DNA of 63,071 bases, counting the filler, from Choristocarpus tenellus KU-1152 (Eukaryota > Protista > Phaeophyceae): the NCBI GenBank assembly GCA_964200185.2. It is 12 parts of 12 records of this genome, joined end to end, with 100 filler letters (N's around TTAATTAATTAA, not from the genome) between each part and the next. Parts side by side here need not be neighbours in the genome. Positions count along the whole stretch, not along the records: positions 36,824 to 39,715 come from CAXNAD020023870.1; positions 39,816 to 51,986 come from CAXNAD020001939.1; 10 more parts are not named here. One strand, given 5' to 3'. This document shows positions 38,195 through 50,863 of the stretch, one piece after another. A program made the translations under genes and the position numbers. The notes under the pieces were generated by a model. The model was not told the origin of the DNA and did not search any database. It saw only the letters and a list, made by a program, of their open reading frames with translations. Every line of letters begins with the position of its first letter. Within the stretch, counting starts at the first letter, position 1.

Positions 38195-39955
38195 GAATCG
38201 AGCAATGAGAGGGTTGGGTGTGCATAGGGGTGCCCTTCCAGAAATGATGAGTTGTGTGGAGGAGGAGAATTGCAGGTCGTCATGGTCGGGCAAGGGACTC
38301 TTCAACCTCCTTGCGATTTGTCGTCTTTGTATTGATTCGTGTCAGTTACGTGTCTTTTGTGCCTTTTTCCGATCGTGAAGGGTTAGGGATGATGAGTTTT
38401 GCCTACGGTTTGTTTCCGGATGGTTAGGTATATGGGTTGGCCTTGCTTGCTGTGCAGGCTGCTGCTGATAGGGTGAGACAAGGTTGGGAGGGGAGGTGAG
38501 GATGCCTTTTGGGGGGAGGGGGGGGAGGGGGGCGTTTTTTTGTTTGTGGCAGCTTCTGCTGGCATTAAAATTTTTCGAATGTGTGCAAGAAAGTGTTGAT
38601 GACATTTTTTTTGGAAGTGCATGTACTGTCGTTGGGGGTACCTAACGTGACATTTATTTCCAAGTTGGCAGTCTGCCCAAGAATGGGCCCCTGTTTAAGC
38701 GCTGTTGAGAACCGCATTTGGGAATTGTATAGTGTCAATTTCATCTTGGTGGCTTGTGGTCCTTGGAAAGAAAAACAAAATGGTATATGGGGGAGTGGGG
38801 GAGGGGGTAGGGGTTGTTGTTGTGGTATTTATGCCGTGGGGGGTGCAGTGGATGGCTTGGTAGTTCGTTTCCTAGGGAATGTCTACGTTTGAAGGCGGTG
38901 TAGACAAGACCATAGAATCAATCGCTTGTTGTAGGTCATCGCCCAGAGAGAAGAGAGCAGCCCGCCAATAAGTGGCCAAGGCTGACACCCCTTTGTGCGA
39001 CAAAATGGTAGTGAATGCATGTACGATGTTTTGTGCTTACACATATCTCCAGCAGAGGAGTACTGTATATAGTACATATATATATACTCGGCGACTTTCT
39101 GTTTGTTTAAGTCTATGTCCTGTCCCTTGGTTAAATGATGATGTGCCTTCCCGTGATTTTGTTTTCTGTGTCTATTTGTCTTGACTGCTCTTGCCATGGG
39201 TGAGGGGAGGGCATAGCCAATCAGATGCCACTCGATTTGTTCTATAGATAAGCCTAAGTACGGGTGGAGATGAAAGGAAACAAGGGAAACGCTAGGTGAA
39301 GAGAGAGAGAGAGAGATAGTTGATGATTTGTTTGTAAGCTACTGGTGTGATTGGACTGACTGGGAAATGGACCCATCACCTTACCTGCTTACTTGACCGT
39401 ACCCTCTCTGCTTTCCGTACGTTTACGTGTACCCTATTTGGGACTTTGATGCTGCTCTCTTTCTCGTGAGTGCAGTCATCTCCCTCATTTTGTATGCAAC
39501 AATGATAATGATGACCTTCATTGCGGTCACAAAACAAGCAACAAGGAGATGAGTTTAAGGAACGAGGCTATAATACCCTCGCATGTTGTGAACCTAACCA
39601 TGCCAAAAAACAGCCGATCACCAAAATTGAGGATGGAGGATGAGTTTGACCCAAAATGAGTCTCGGAAAGTGCCCATATGTTTTTTTTTGTAAAGGTTGC
39701 GGCACTTTTGAAGGGNNNNNNNNNNNNNNNNNNNNNNNNNNNNNNNNNNNNNNNNNNNNTTAATTAATTAANNNNNNNNNNNNNNNNNNNNNNNNNNNNN
39801 NNNNNNNNNNNNNNNTTCCCCTGACACATGTGCAAAATGTCAGAGGGCATAATAATATAATATATAAAATAACACTATATTTCATGTTATGAGATAACGT
39901 GTTTTACGTTAAAATGACAACGCATGTATGTATGAATGTTTAACAAAAGAGTGTT

Positions 39956-40082
39956 AACAGCCGATTTCAAAAATTGAGGATGGAGCTTTTCATTGAGGAT
40001 GGACTTGACCCAAAATTGACTGGGATAAAGTGTAGATATGTTTTTTGTTTTAAATGAATCTCAATTTTTGAAATCGGCTGTT
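39956..40082. mobile_element. 127-bp mini-MITE with perfect 23-bp TIRs
   Basis: AACAGCCGATTTCAAAAATTGAG / CTCAATTTTTGAAATCGGCTGTT, with TGTT on both flanks. Diverged relative at ~39608-39690. Confidence 0.75.
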
Positions 40083-40392
40083 TGTTAGGTATTTTAGCTC
40101 GGAGTGTTCCATGGAAAACATAGTGTTGTGTTCGTTTTGGAAAGGAGTGCCGCAGATATAACATAGTGTTGCACATGTTGTTATATCCAGTGTTATGCAC
40201 AAAACACAGTGTTGAATGTTATGTTATCTAAAGTGAAATATAATGAGCAAAAACAGAGAGAACAGAAGCCTTATCTTCTCCACCAAAACCTACAAAACTA
40301 AACCTACAACTTGACTTGAGCAGATATGACACGGCTGCTTGAATGAAGCTTTAGCGGTATAAAGGAATCAAATTCACTGTAGTAGTGCCTCG

Positions 40393-43300
40393 ATGAAACC
40401 TGCGAGCATTGTGGTGACCCTTGCAGTCAGCACAAAGGTTGCAGGATGGTAAGTTCAGTCGCATTTTCCCTCATGATCACCTCTTGCGCATCCTCCAATA
40501 ACTGCAACTTGCTCACCACCTTCTCACATCTTACCTTCAGGAGCACCTCTCATTCCTTTGGAACATCCGCAAAACAATTTTTGGTGGGATGTCGATCGCC
40601 AGCCCACCTCAACGTTGCAATGTCTTCGCATGCACCTTGGGTGGGCCACGAATGTAGCAGACACCGCTCGTTCCCACAAGGTGGGTGGGGGTTGGCTAAA
40701 CCCAAAGCACGGTTTGAAAACCTGGTGTCGGAGGCATTGAAGGATGGGCCTTCGCCGATGTCAGAAAGTGAAGACTTGGTTGAGGACCCTCGCCCTTATC
40801 CGAAAGTCGGCGATATCGTACGATACGATGGCAAGTGGGAAGATGATGTGACCCTCGGGGAGGTGGGTGGCAAGATATAGCACGATGACCCTTAGTGGTC
40901 TCCACAATCATCTCACAGTGTTACCTACATATAAGGAACAGCTTCATGCTGACGCCAAGATTGTGCTGGAAGTATACAACATTCAAGCTTGAACAAAAGA
41001 CCATGGTGTGTGTGCTGTAGGAAATGTTCAGTGTTCACAACGCTCATTTTTATGTTCATCATCTACCTCCACAGTTAGTATGAAATGAAGATGCCGCCAT
41101 AACGCAACCAAATATATCTGATAAATTGAAAGGAATAGATGTGTTTTTTAAACCTATCCCCGTCTTGAGGCGAAGCATTACGCGAAGAAGTTTATTCCCC
41201 TCAACGAAGCTGCCTCAGCCTTCTCGACTGCTTTTCATTCTTCAACAACAAATCATCTCCCTCTCTCACAATTATACAAATACAGATACGTCAATTGCAG
41301 TTTGTGGAGCAAACGGGAAAGTGGAGAGCCTATGTGCTTCCACTCAAAGAGATTGGCGAGGTGCAGTGTGCGATTTCTTAACCTTTATGGGATGAATAAA
41401 TTGATTGCATTTGGTAATTCTGAAGGGCAATCATTGCTGTAGTGGGATCCAACACTAGTTCCTCTGTTTGATCTTCTTTTGAGCATGAGCTAATATCAGA
41501 AAGATTGCGTACATTGTGCATACACAGGACCAATATGCACGGAAGAAGGGTCGCAGATCAGCTGCAGAGGATGCCGAGAAGCTGAGGTAAGAGAGAGCAC
41601 TACACACTGGTGTGGAGCAAATGTACTGTGACTTAAGGGACTGCTGTAGCATGCACTTGTCGATGTGCATTGATTTGGCACTGTCATCCTCAACCCCCCC
41701 CCCCTCAAATGCCATCATGTGTGTTCCCCATGTTGCAGGCCAGTTCGAGCATTCTATGTGAGGAGTGTCGATGGATTTAAGGTCAGTAAGGCATTATGAA
41801 GCCATTGTACTGTGGTCTCTGGTTGGTGTTGACCTTGATCTCATGTTGTCAATACACACTATGAACGCCATTTTCTATTCAGGTTATGACAGACAGTGAA
41901 ACAGGGGAGCCAAGGTACATCAGTGACGGCTACAAGCTGGATGACTTCCAGCTCCCTGTGAGTACACTTGAGCACCACTATCGATTATACTGTGCACAAT
42001 GTTCTCTTCCACAATACCCAAAAACGTGCGGGCTAAAAGTATGTATTAAGTGTATGCCATGAATATAAAGTGTTTATATAGTGTGATTTTGTGATAACAA
42101 GAAAAACAAAGAAGGTGATAGCACGCCCTGCCAATGTTTTAAAATCCCTTGTTACTTCTTTACCTCTCACTTTGGCATACGAGAGTGAAGTAGGCAGGCA
42201 GTCGGGCAACAGATCACCCCAGAAGGAATGTGGTCGAGGAGAGAGGATAGCGCTGAGGATCTAATTTTTTGCGCCTTGACTATTGCTTTGTCTCAGATTT
42301 GGGCTGGGTATGGGTACCACTCGGAGGAAGGGTTGAGAAATTTTCCTTGATACATAGAGATGAGGTTGTATGGATCCAATGGCGAAGTAGGCAAAGTAGG
42401 CAAAGTGGGGGGGGACTGCCTGCATATAGAGGTCATGGCATACACCACATTTGTGACTTTGAATAAGTCACATCTTGAAAGATACAGTGTTAGGAGCTGT
42501 CAGGATGCAAGCAGGGAAATGGGTAAAACGGGTACCATAGGATGGCGTTGACTCAAGCACCTCCTGGTCTTAGAATCTCTTTTAGTTGGGGGTTGAACTC
42601 AGGCAAGCAAAGAAATCTGTGTTTTGACTACTGCACCTGGTTCCACAACCTATTTGATTCAACTTGAACCTACAATGGACAACACAAAATTGAGGCTAGT
42701 TCCTACTACATAAGTTAACCAAAGTAAGTGGCCTTGTGTGAGTATTGCTATATTGATAGAGCTGCACAGAGATCATGGGGTGGGAAAAAGCTTGTTAAAT
42801 CCTGGACCGAGGAAGAGATGAAAGGGTGCCCAAGAGGGCCTCATCTCAGGTTGCAATCACAAGACCCTGGTGGGAGCAACTGTTTTGCATCTGATCCCTT
42901 GCACGGAGCATGCCCTTAAGTTAGGGTCTCTACTGTGTAGCTACTATCCTTGGACACTAGGGGAAATTGTCCTGACTGAACTTGAATGCATAGAGGACAA
43001 GAGATGACCCCGGAAATCTGCAGCTTTAGTAAATGAAAGTGCAGTGTTGCTATGTCCTTGGTTACTTAGTAACTGGAAGTCACAGTAAAGTTCAAGCTGT
43101 GTTGCCTTGACAGTTTGCTCAATGTTAGCTAGTCAAAACGAAATATGGATCATGTACATTGGGTGGGTGATGTTCTGTACAGGTACCTGTCATTGATCCT
43201 GCCAAGGCTGCTGTTGATCTGAAAAGCTACGAAGACCTGAAGAGTAGGATTCTGTGGGATGCTGTCAATTTTGGTGCTGTCGGCTCTATCTTAACTTTTC

Positions 43301-45252
43301 TGGTGAGTGGTAGGTGAATTCGAACCTGTGACCTTCAATTGACCATATGAATTTGTTTCCCCTGCAGTGTGACGTCTCGCTCGCTCTTCTCAAAGCCAGA
43401 CCAGCAATAGAGCCAGTCCCCATAGATTTATTGTCATGTCTCACCTGGGAATACCTGAAGGTAGAGAGGTACATGGTTGTTGAAATCTACACACTTTGGC
43501 TTGGTCCATATATTGACAGTCTTTATTTCTGTGTTCCCTCTGTGAAATTGTGCACCACATTTGAAGATATGAGCTGTATGGATTTTGGTGCATATCTTAG
43601 GCTTGTGCAACCTGTCTGATCGTTTTTGTGCCTCACCTCACCTTGTATTTGTGTTGTGATTTGGCTGGGGGCGTGGGCCTGGGTGGGGGATTTCATTAGG
43701 TTGCTGGCACAGACCTTGGCTTGCTCTTTGCCTTTGGTTCACTTGCAGCTGTCAGTTACGTTATTTTACTGGAAAAGAATGCTGATGACGTGGCAAGTGG
43801 CAACCAGGGCAATCTCTCCAAGCTTCGAGGTGATACAAGGTTTTTGATGCCTGTGCTTCTCATCTTGTCAGTGGCACTCAAGAACTACATTACCCACCCT
43901 GAGACAGTGCAATTTCTTAGTCTCGTACCCAAGAACCAGTTTGCTGCCGCCATGCTTGGGTTTGTGGCTCCTTCTCGACTCCCCTTATTATACCGTGAGA
44001 TCAAGGGTTCTATAAAGGGTGAAGAGCTCCTGGACATGGTGCCCGGCTCAGTTGGTCAGGGGAAGAAGATTCTAGAGGATCTCAGGGGCTCTGATGCAAA
44101 GGGGTTCCTTGAATCAACCTCACCATCCAACAACAAAAAGGTTATTGTTGTGTCTGGTCCAAAGGGCCTTGGTAAGACAACTCTTGTGCAGAAGATGTTG
44201 GAAGAGGATTCACGTCTTTCTGCACCATTGTGGTGCACATCAAGACCCCAGAAGCAGGGGGAGATCGATGGGGAAACATTCCAGTTTCTCGAGCCCATCA
44301 AGTTTGAAGAAGTGCAAAGGGTGGGAGGGTTCCTGGAAACATTCCAGGACAGAAATGGGGAGTCGTATGGCCTGCGAAAATCGGACATCCTGTCTGTGTC
44401 TAAAGAGGGCAAGGTGAGTGCAATGCTTGGTCTTGAGCTCATGTAAAAGGCATGTTTCTTAGGAAATGGGTTGATGAGCATTACCTAGTACTGTTGTGCT
44501 CTAACTAACACAGTGACTTAATGAGAGTTGTGGGGTTTGAAGAAAAAAGCTTGAGAACCAGAAGGGATAATATACAAAGAATCAGACCAAAATAGAGTGG
44601 TGCCTCTTTCTTGTCAAGCCTACCTCAATTATTTTTCCTTTTTTGTAACGCTCCACATCAATCATACTTTGCATATAATGCAACTCCTCTCATCCCTTTG
44701 GTATTGACTTGTTTAATCTTGAAAGACACATAATACTGCTGACAATCGATCTCACTCCTTTTTATTCCCACACTCTACAATTCAACAAAAATAGAAACTT
44801 TGAGACACAAGATTGTTTTACTGGTACTGCTATTATCACACCCAATACTCCAACACTAGCTGCATCCTCTGATTTGAGCAGCTTGCGCATTCAAAACACT
44901 CACTAATCCACACTTCCCCTGCATAACTCTTTTCCCAAAGGCTTGCATTATTGATGCAGACACATCACTTGCTGGGAAGCTTATGGGGGTGGATGACGTA
45001 ACTCTTGTAGGTGTTTGGGTGAGCTTGGATAATATGCCTGCCCTAGAAAAGAGGGTGAGGATAGTACTTGCCGCAAGTGGGGCTCAAGAGGGAGAGGAGT
45101 TTGAAACTGAGGTACGGGGACGGATAAGGCAGGCAATCAGCGACATCCAGTTTGGTGTGACAAGCAAAATATTTGAGTTTACTGCCATCAACCATGACAT
45201 TGAAGAGTCACTCATCACTTTGCGCAAGGCTGTCAATTACACCCTGGAATAA
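40393..45252 (+). CDS. 591-aa putative plastid membrane protein: CGL160/Atp1(UncI)-like module fused to a guanylate-kinase-like domain
   Basis: Nine phase-consistent GT-AG exons: 40393-40448, 40541-40862, 41286-41360, 41528-41586, 41739-41781, 41883-41957, 43183-43302, 43700-44413, 44941-45252 (1776 nt). GK motifs VSGPKGLGKTTL, TSRP..GEIDG, FLE..YG, IIDAD, INHD. Hydrophobic module YEDLK...SYVILL...D...RFLMPVLL...AMLGF. Confidence 0.85.
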
Positions 45253-46763
45253 TAGCACAGTACAGCTGCACATCAACACATGGTTCTTAATCCCCTCTGG
45301 TAGTATATGAGCTAGAGGTCCTTACTAACTTTAGGGGAGGTTTTATGTTCTGCATTAGGTTTAGTTGTAGTACATGAGGTTACATAAGGCTAGCAAACTT
45401 TTATTTTACTATACCATATCTTCCCCTGCGAGACAGGTCAACAAGACACCAATTGCTCTTTACATATCATGGGGTGCAAAATGTCACCCCCCTTCGAGTC
45501 ACTGTATGTGTGTAACCTGCAATGATTTTGTCCAGGAGAAATCCTATTCTTGCTTTAATGACTTCGGCTAATAATAATAATACAAGAGTGACTTCCAGAT
45601 ACGAAGTTTCAATATTTTTGATTGGCCTATTTGGGTGCCAGGAGCTTCATGTTCTGCCGAGTATTATTCGATTAACTCCCAATTGAGGCAGTGCACATTC
45701 TGTGTAGATTACATACATGTATGTATCAATACTCTCACAAGAGACGACATAATCAAGGAATTCATTGGTAGTATTCACAGCAGTACCACAGGAAGAAGAG
45801 GAACTCACAATGCACACAGATTTGAGTCAATGTTCAACTTCGGGGGTTTTTTGCCTTCCAATTTCACTTTCTGTATCTACTGGTCATAAATAAGCATGCT
45901 CAAGTTTTTTTTATTGACTGACGTGGTGCTTTTTTTGGTGAATCATTCAAACCCTTGAGTCGCTCCTTTTGTTTCAAGTGTAACACATGTTGTTCTTGAG
46001 GCATGGACTATGAGTTTGAAATATTATACAGAAGGGCAAAATGTATTCTTGCACTCCCAGTGTCGATGTCCCTTATTCTGCTCAGCTCTCACTTCCACTG
46101 ACCAGTGAGAAGGTTCACAATCCATTGTGTGCTTGAATGATGTGCATCATCAGAAACATTGGTAATAGTATACGTAAGAATTGTAGTATAGATTGTTATC
46201 TCTTTATTTATTCCACAATGCAATACAATACTCACATGATGCCTTTCTCTACTCAAAATAATTCATACCTTGATGGTGAGAGCAAATTTGTTGTTGAAGT
46301 ATGTGATATCCTTCAACCCGTTTCCTTACAAGAATATGACCTTACCTCATCCTCCTATCATATAAGTTGGTTTGCATTTTCACCAGAACTAGGGTTTTAC
46401 AATATTTCTGCAAAGTACTCTGGTGTATTCTGAAGCGAGGGCTAGTATGTACAGGTATATTACTGAGAAATAAATCAATTGCCATATTAATTGGTAGTAG
46501 CTTCTGCACTGTTAATAAAGTCTGTGCATCACAAGGGATTATTTATGATTTTGATAGAGTCCAAGCCAAGGATGTGATAGGACCCCTGCATCACGCCATT
46601 GATACAGGAAAGTGTGAAAGAAAGATTCCCACAATACGAACCAGAGCATGTGTGATAAGTCACAGATGAGAGTCATATTAGTGTTAGTAGCAGCAACAAT
46701 GCCTTCCACAACTATGACCTGTCCCTTCAGAACTCCCAGTACTCCTAGCCCAATGCTTTGCCC

Positions 46764-49700
46764 TTAGAAATTGGGTGTTGCCTCCAAGATCATCTCCTCT
46801 TTGGGGGGCAGGATAGTGATCACATCTGAGAGAGGGATCTTGGGACCCTCCTTTCCCTGTTGCAAAAGGACAACGAATAAATTTGTCAGAGTCATGACTC
46901 AGGACTTGTTTAGAAAACAAAACCGGTGCTATGAGTTCAAAGAAAGATCTTGCACATAAAATACTTACAAAACTATTTATCATATTTTTTTTCAAAGTTC
47001 AATGAACTGAACACAAGTGTGCGTTGTGTGAGGTGGTGGTGAGGGAATACCATAGTTTGTAGGTGTTAGCAGGCATTCAAGTAAATTGTCAAGCGTACAA
47101 ATATTCAAAGTTGAAAAGAAAGGAGAATATCAACTACAATCACGCTTGCTCTTTACCAAAAAATGAATCAGGTTAATAGATCACTACAACTCCCTACTTT
47201 AATAAAAAAGCAAATTGTAGATTTATGAACAAGATCAAAAACAAAGAGGGTTGGATTTGGTCCTTTCAAGCTTCAAGGAATTTTTGAAACTTTTGCAACA
47301 CACACCATGCTCACACCTAAAATACAGGTCACTACCCTTGGGGATGTGTGGCAGAATGTTAAACTGAAAACACATTTTTGGTCAAAAGCACACTCCATAG
47401 CACTCAATACACATGTATGACAAGACAGAGGTAGGCACCCTTGAAACCCAGCAACACTCTGTTCCGCACTATCACTTCAAGAATCATTTACACTGCAATA
47501 CTGCTTACAAAGAGTGGGGCATCGAAGACTCTTAAGGTTAGGAAAATACAGATAAAAATTTCAATTCAACTAGTCAGACAGTGTGGTGTGGAGTTGAATT
47601 GGCATTGTGCTAGCACAAAAACTTCATGTCTGGAGAAATAATAACTGTGTATGAGAAATCATGAGATTTTATCTTAATGGTTGAGGACACACAGCAGTGT
47701 AGAATAGTCAACTGTTGCAGAGTGCTTCCATTTGTTTCAGACATAGATGTAACTCGAGCAAGGGATACTGTCATATTTGTGCAAATTACTCTATTGTGTT
47801 TAGCTAAACTTACTGTGGGGTCATGGGGAAGCATGATGGATACTGTCACACCAAGAACACCCTGACGCATCATGACGTGGCGAACAGCACGGTCAACATA
47901 ATCTGACAAAAAGAAAAACAAAAAGAGTTGCAGGAAACAAGATGGTCAATGGTCACGTCAGAAGGCAGTCAAACCAAGGAACAATAAGGGTACAGTTAGT
48001 ACAATCTTAAAAAGCACCCCCCAACAAACATCATGTGGTTCATGCATTCAACACACAAACACCAACAAACTGGTAGAAGAAGTGAGGGTTTCCTTCCAAG
48101 AAAGACCTGACTTTGACAAATGGTAATCAAGGAGAGAGGTACTAGACCCTCTCATATATCACAGTGAAACCCACCTCTTCTGATTTGAACAAATTGAGCA
48201 CCAGAGGACTTGAAAGGGTACAAGTTTATCAGAAGAGGATAAGAAGTCATATACCATCATAAGAAAAAGACCAGCTCCCTCAATCAATGATGCATGTGTT
48301 TAGATGATCACTAGAAAAATTCAACCCTCCACACTCACAAGAGATCCACCAATAGTACTCACCCTCCCTCACACGACCACTCTTGATCATGTAGCCATCA
48401 CGGAACTTCATGGCTTTGGCACGCTGCGCCCTGAGCTTGCCTGCCACAATTACCTTGACATAGAAATATTGGGGAACAAATATTGGGTGCTGAAGGAATA
48501 AAAACATTTTGAATGCTAGTATTAATAGCCATCACCACATCACACTTAATGTGCTAGATAATTGTAACTTCAACCATACAGCTAGCTCCCCCCTCTCTTA
48601 TCCACTTAAAAATATCATAAGAAATGTAAAATTCACATTCAAGTACTTCTATCCGAGGGTTGTCTAAAAGATCACACAGTTCAGAGCAACATGACTTACA
48701 CAATGACAACGAACATGGAGCATATACCCACATAGCCAGATGCAGCAACTTTTTTTTAGGTTGCTTTGATTGTTTTTCTAGAAAGAGAAGACGAAAACTC
48801 AAACGGAGCTCTTCTCAATTTACCCTTTCACAAAAAGAAACACTTGCTAAATTTGAATTTGAGAACCCCTGTTCTACCCCCCAAATATCAAAGAAAAAAA
48901 TGAGTTACATCTACAAAAAAAACAGGATTTCTTATTTTGCATCTACAAGTAGATCATATGAAAGTCAATGGTTAGAAGAATTTCCAATATCCTCCAGATA
49001 TATATCCTGGATCGCAAAGAGGATACAAAATGAGAGCAAAAAACCCTACCTCAGCACCCTTCGCGCCTGATTCCATGATGAAGCGCAGCACACCATAGCA
49101 CGCACGACGCACAGCTAGTCCACCAAGGAGTTTGTACTTGAGAGATTCTGCCTGCAGATATTGAAAGTACCACAACACAAGAGCAGGCAGTACAGAGATA
49201 TCAACACTACCTTCATTTTTTTCATTTTCAAGTTGATGAAGGCAGGGAATTGATGTAAGAAAGCACAAAGAATTAGTAGCAAGGAGACAGACCAAAGGGT
49301 GTGCAGCACCCCAGCCTCCCAATGGATAACTGTCATACATTTATGGTCGTATCAATCAATATGGAAGGAAACAGGTACATTGAGTTGAGTTGGTCACAAA
49401 GCTGAGGTAACACAGGTCAAGTACACATAATACATGGTTTCAGGAAATTCACACAGCATCCACATTGTAGGCTAAATTGAAGTCATATTTTCGGGTGTAC
49501 AGGGACACACCCCTACCTGTGACATCTTGTACATTGCAGAGACATTATGAAATTCTCTACATCAAAGGAAGCTCTAGAATAAATCCTGTAAAGCAACAAT
49601 CTAAATAGTGATGTACATCTAACTACACAGCATGGCATGGTCTGATCCACCACCTCATGCATCACTCATACGATAAAGCAGATATATAGCAGTCATATAC

Positions 49701-50863
49701 CAGAAATCAAAACTCTTTTATATCCACAAGTGTACCTCAGTCCGTAATTGATACAGATCCATCGTGTGAAAAAATTGACCCCTTCAAACACCAATCAAAC
49801 AGAAACGATTGGAATGCTCTCCGACACATCCGACCGCCAATAATAACTATCTAATCAGTTTACAGATGTCCCCGCAAGATCTGCTCCCACAATGCGCCAC
49901 AATTGTTGTACGGTTAACCTTGACCAAGAGACGCGAAAGTCAGTAGGATCATAATTGGAAGATGAACAGTATAATGAGTTGAATTCCTAAAACAATGCTT
50001 TCACTTGCATTGAATAACTGCTCTTTACTCCATTTGCGGTAGATAAAGTACTGAGAACTCCCATGTATCCCAAACCACGCCTATTCAATTCTGTCAGCAT
50101 AAATGACCAGAACAGCAACTACCGAGAAAACCACCACTTCCAAAATATTTATCACCGTATTCCCTTGTATCACAGTTTGCGGTTCGTTAACTTCTTTCAT
50201 TGTTTTTGTCATCTCAAGCTGACCACTTATGGAACGTTTGTCCTGCAAAATACAACGATGCCCACCTGGGTCTGCGCGCAGAGTCCACGCTTGGCAACCC
50301 GCTCAGCGTAGAGCTCAACAGCTCCATCTGGAAAGCTGAATCTGTAACGTATCAGAAAACGGGTAAGGAAAGTGAACTCTCGTGACCATCCAGCACCCTA
50401 CGCCTGTCCAACCAAGGTCGCTGAGCCCTGTTGAGTCTTTTAAAAGCACCCAAAAGCGCACAACTTATTATCAACAGAAACCTCGATATGATACTACTTT
50501 GTCCATATCCCGCAAGTTTTTCGTGAGGAAGCCTTGACCTACCTCTTCTGCACAACAGAAGTTAGTTCCCTGATGCGCTGACCCTTCTCACCCAGCACGT
50601 TCTGGGGTCGGGTGGCGCTGATTATGATCTCCGTGCGGAGGGGAGTGACACGGACCTCAACACCAGCGTAACCTTCTTCCGCAAGTTCCTGGGTAAGGAG
50701 CTGCGCAGCACAGGAGTAAATGATATCAGCAGTGCATCAAATGCAGGAAAAGATGCTTGTTAAGGTTGTGGAGGTGGTCGGGTAAGACATTTACCTCGTT
50801 CAGCTCAGCATAAAACACTCCATCGGCCACAAACTTGCGCTTCTTGCTCATGTTGGTAGTCAT
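46764..50863 (-). CDS. RPS3: 40S ribosomal protein S3 (uS3), complete, 225 aa
   Basis: Exons 50863-50795, 50700-50543, 50341-50266, 49151-49050, 48453-48363, 47902-47814, 46856-46764 (678 nt, all GT-AG). Motifs [47 protein letters not shown]. Confidence 0.98.

Noticed and set aside
40117-40214. CRISPR-like repeat-spacer array
   Set aside because: Repeats are only 12 nt in three copies, the context is eukaryotic and no cas genes are present; kept only as a phased motif.
46857-50794. Intronic box C/D snoRNAs in RPS3, as in vertebrates
   Set aside because: No convincing RTGATGA...CTGA pair with a terminal stem was seen on the minus strand; a covariance-model search is needed.
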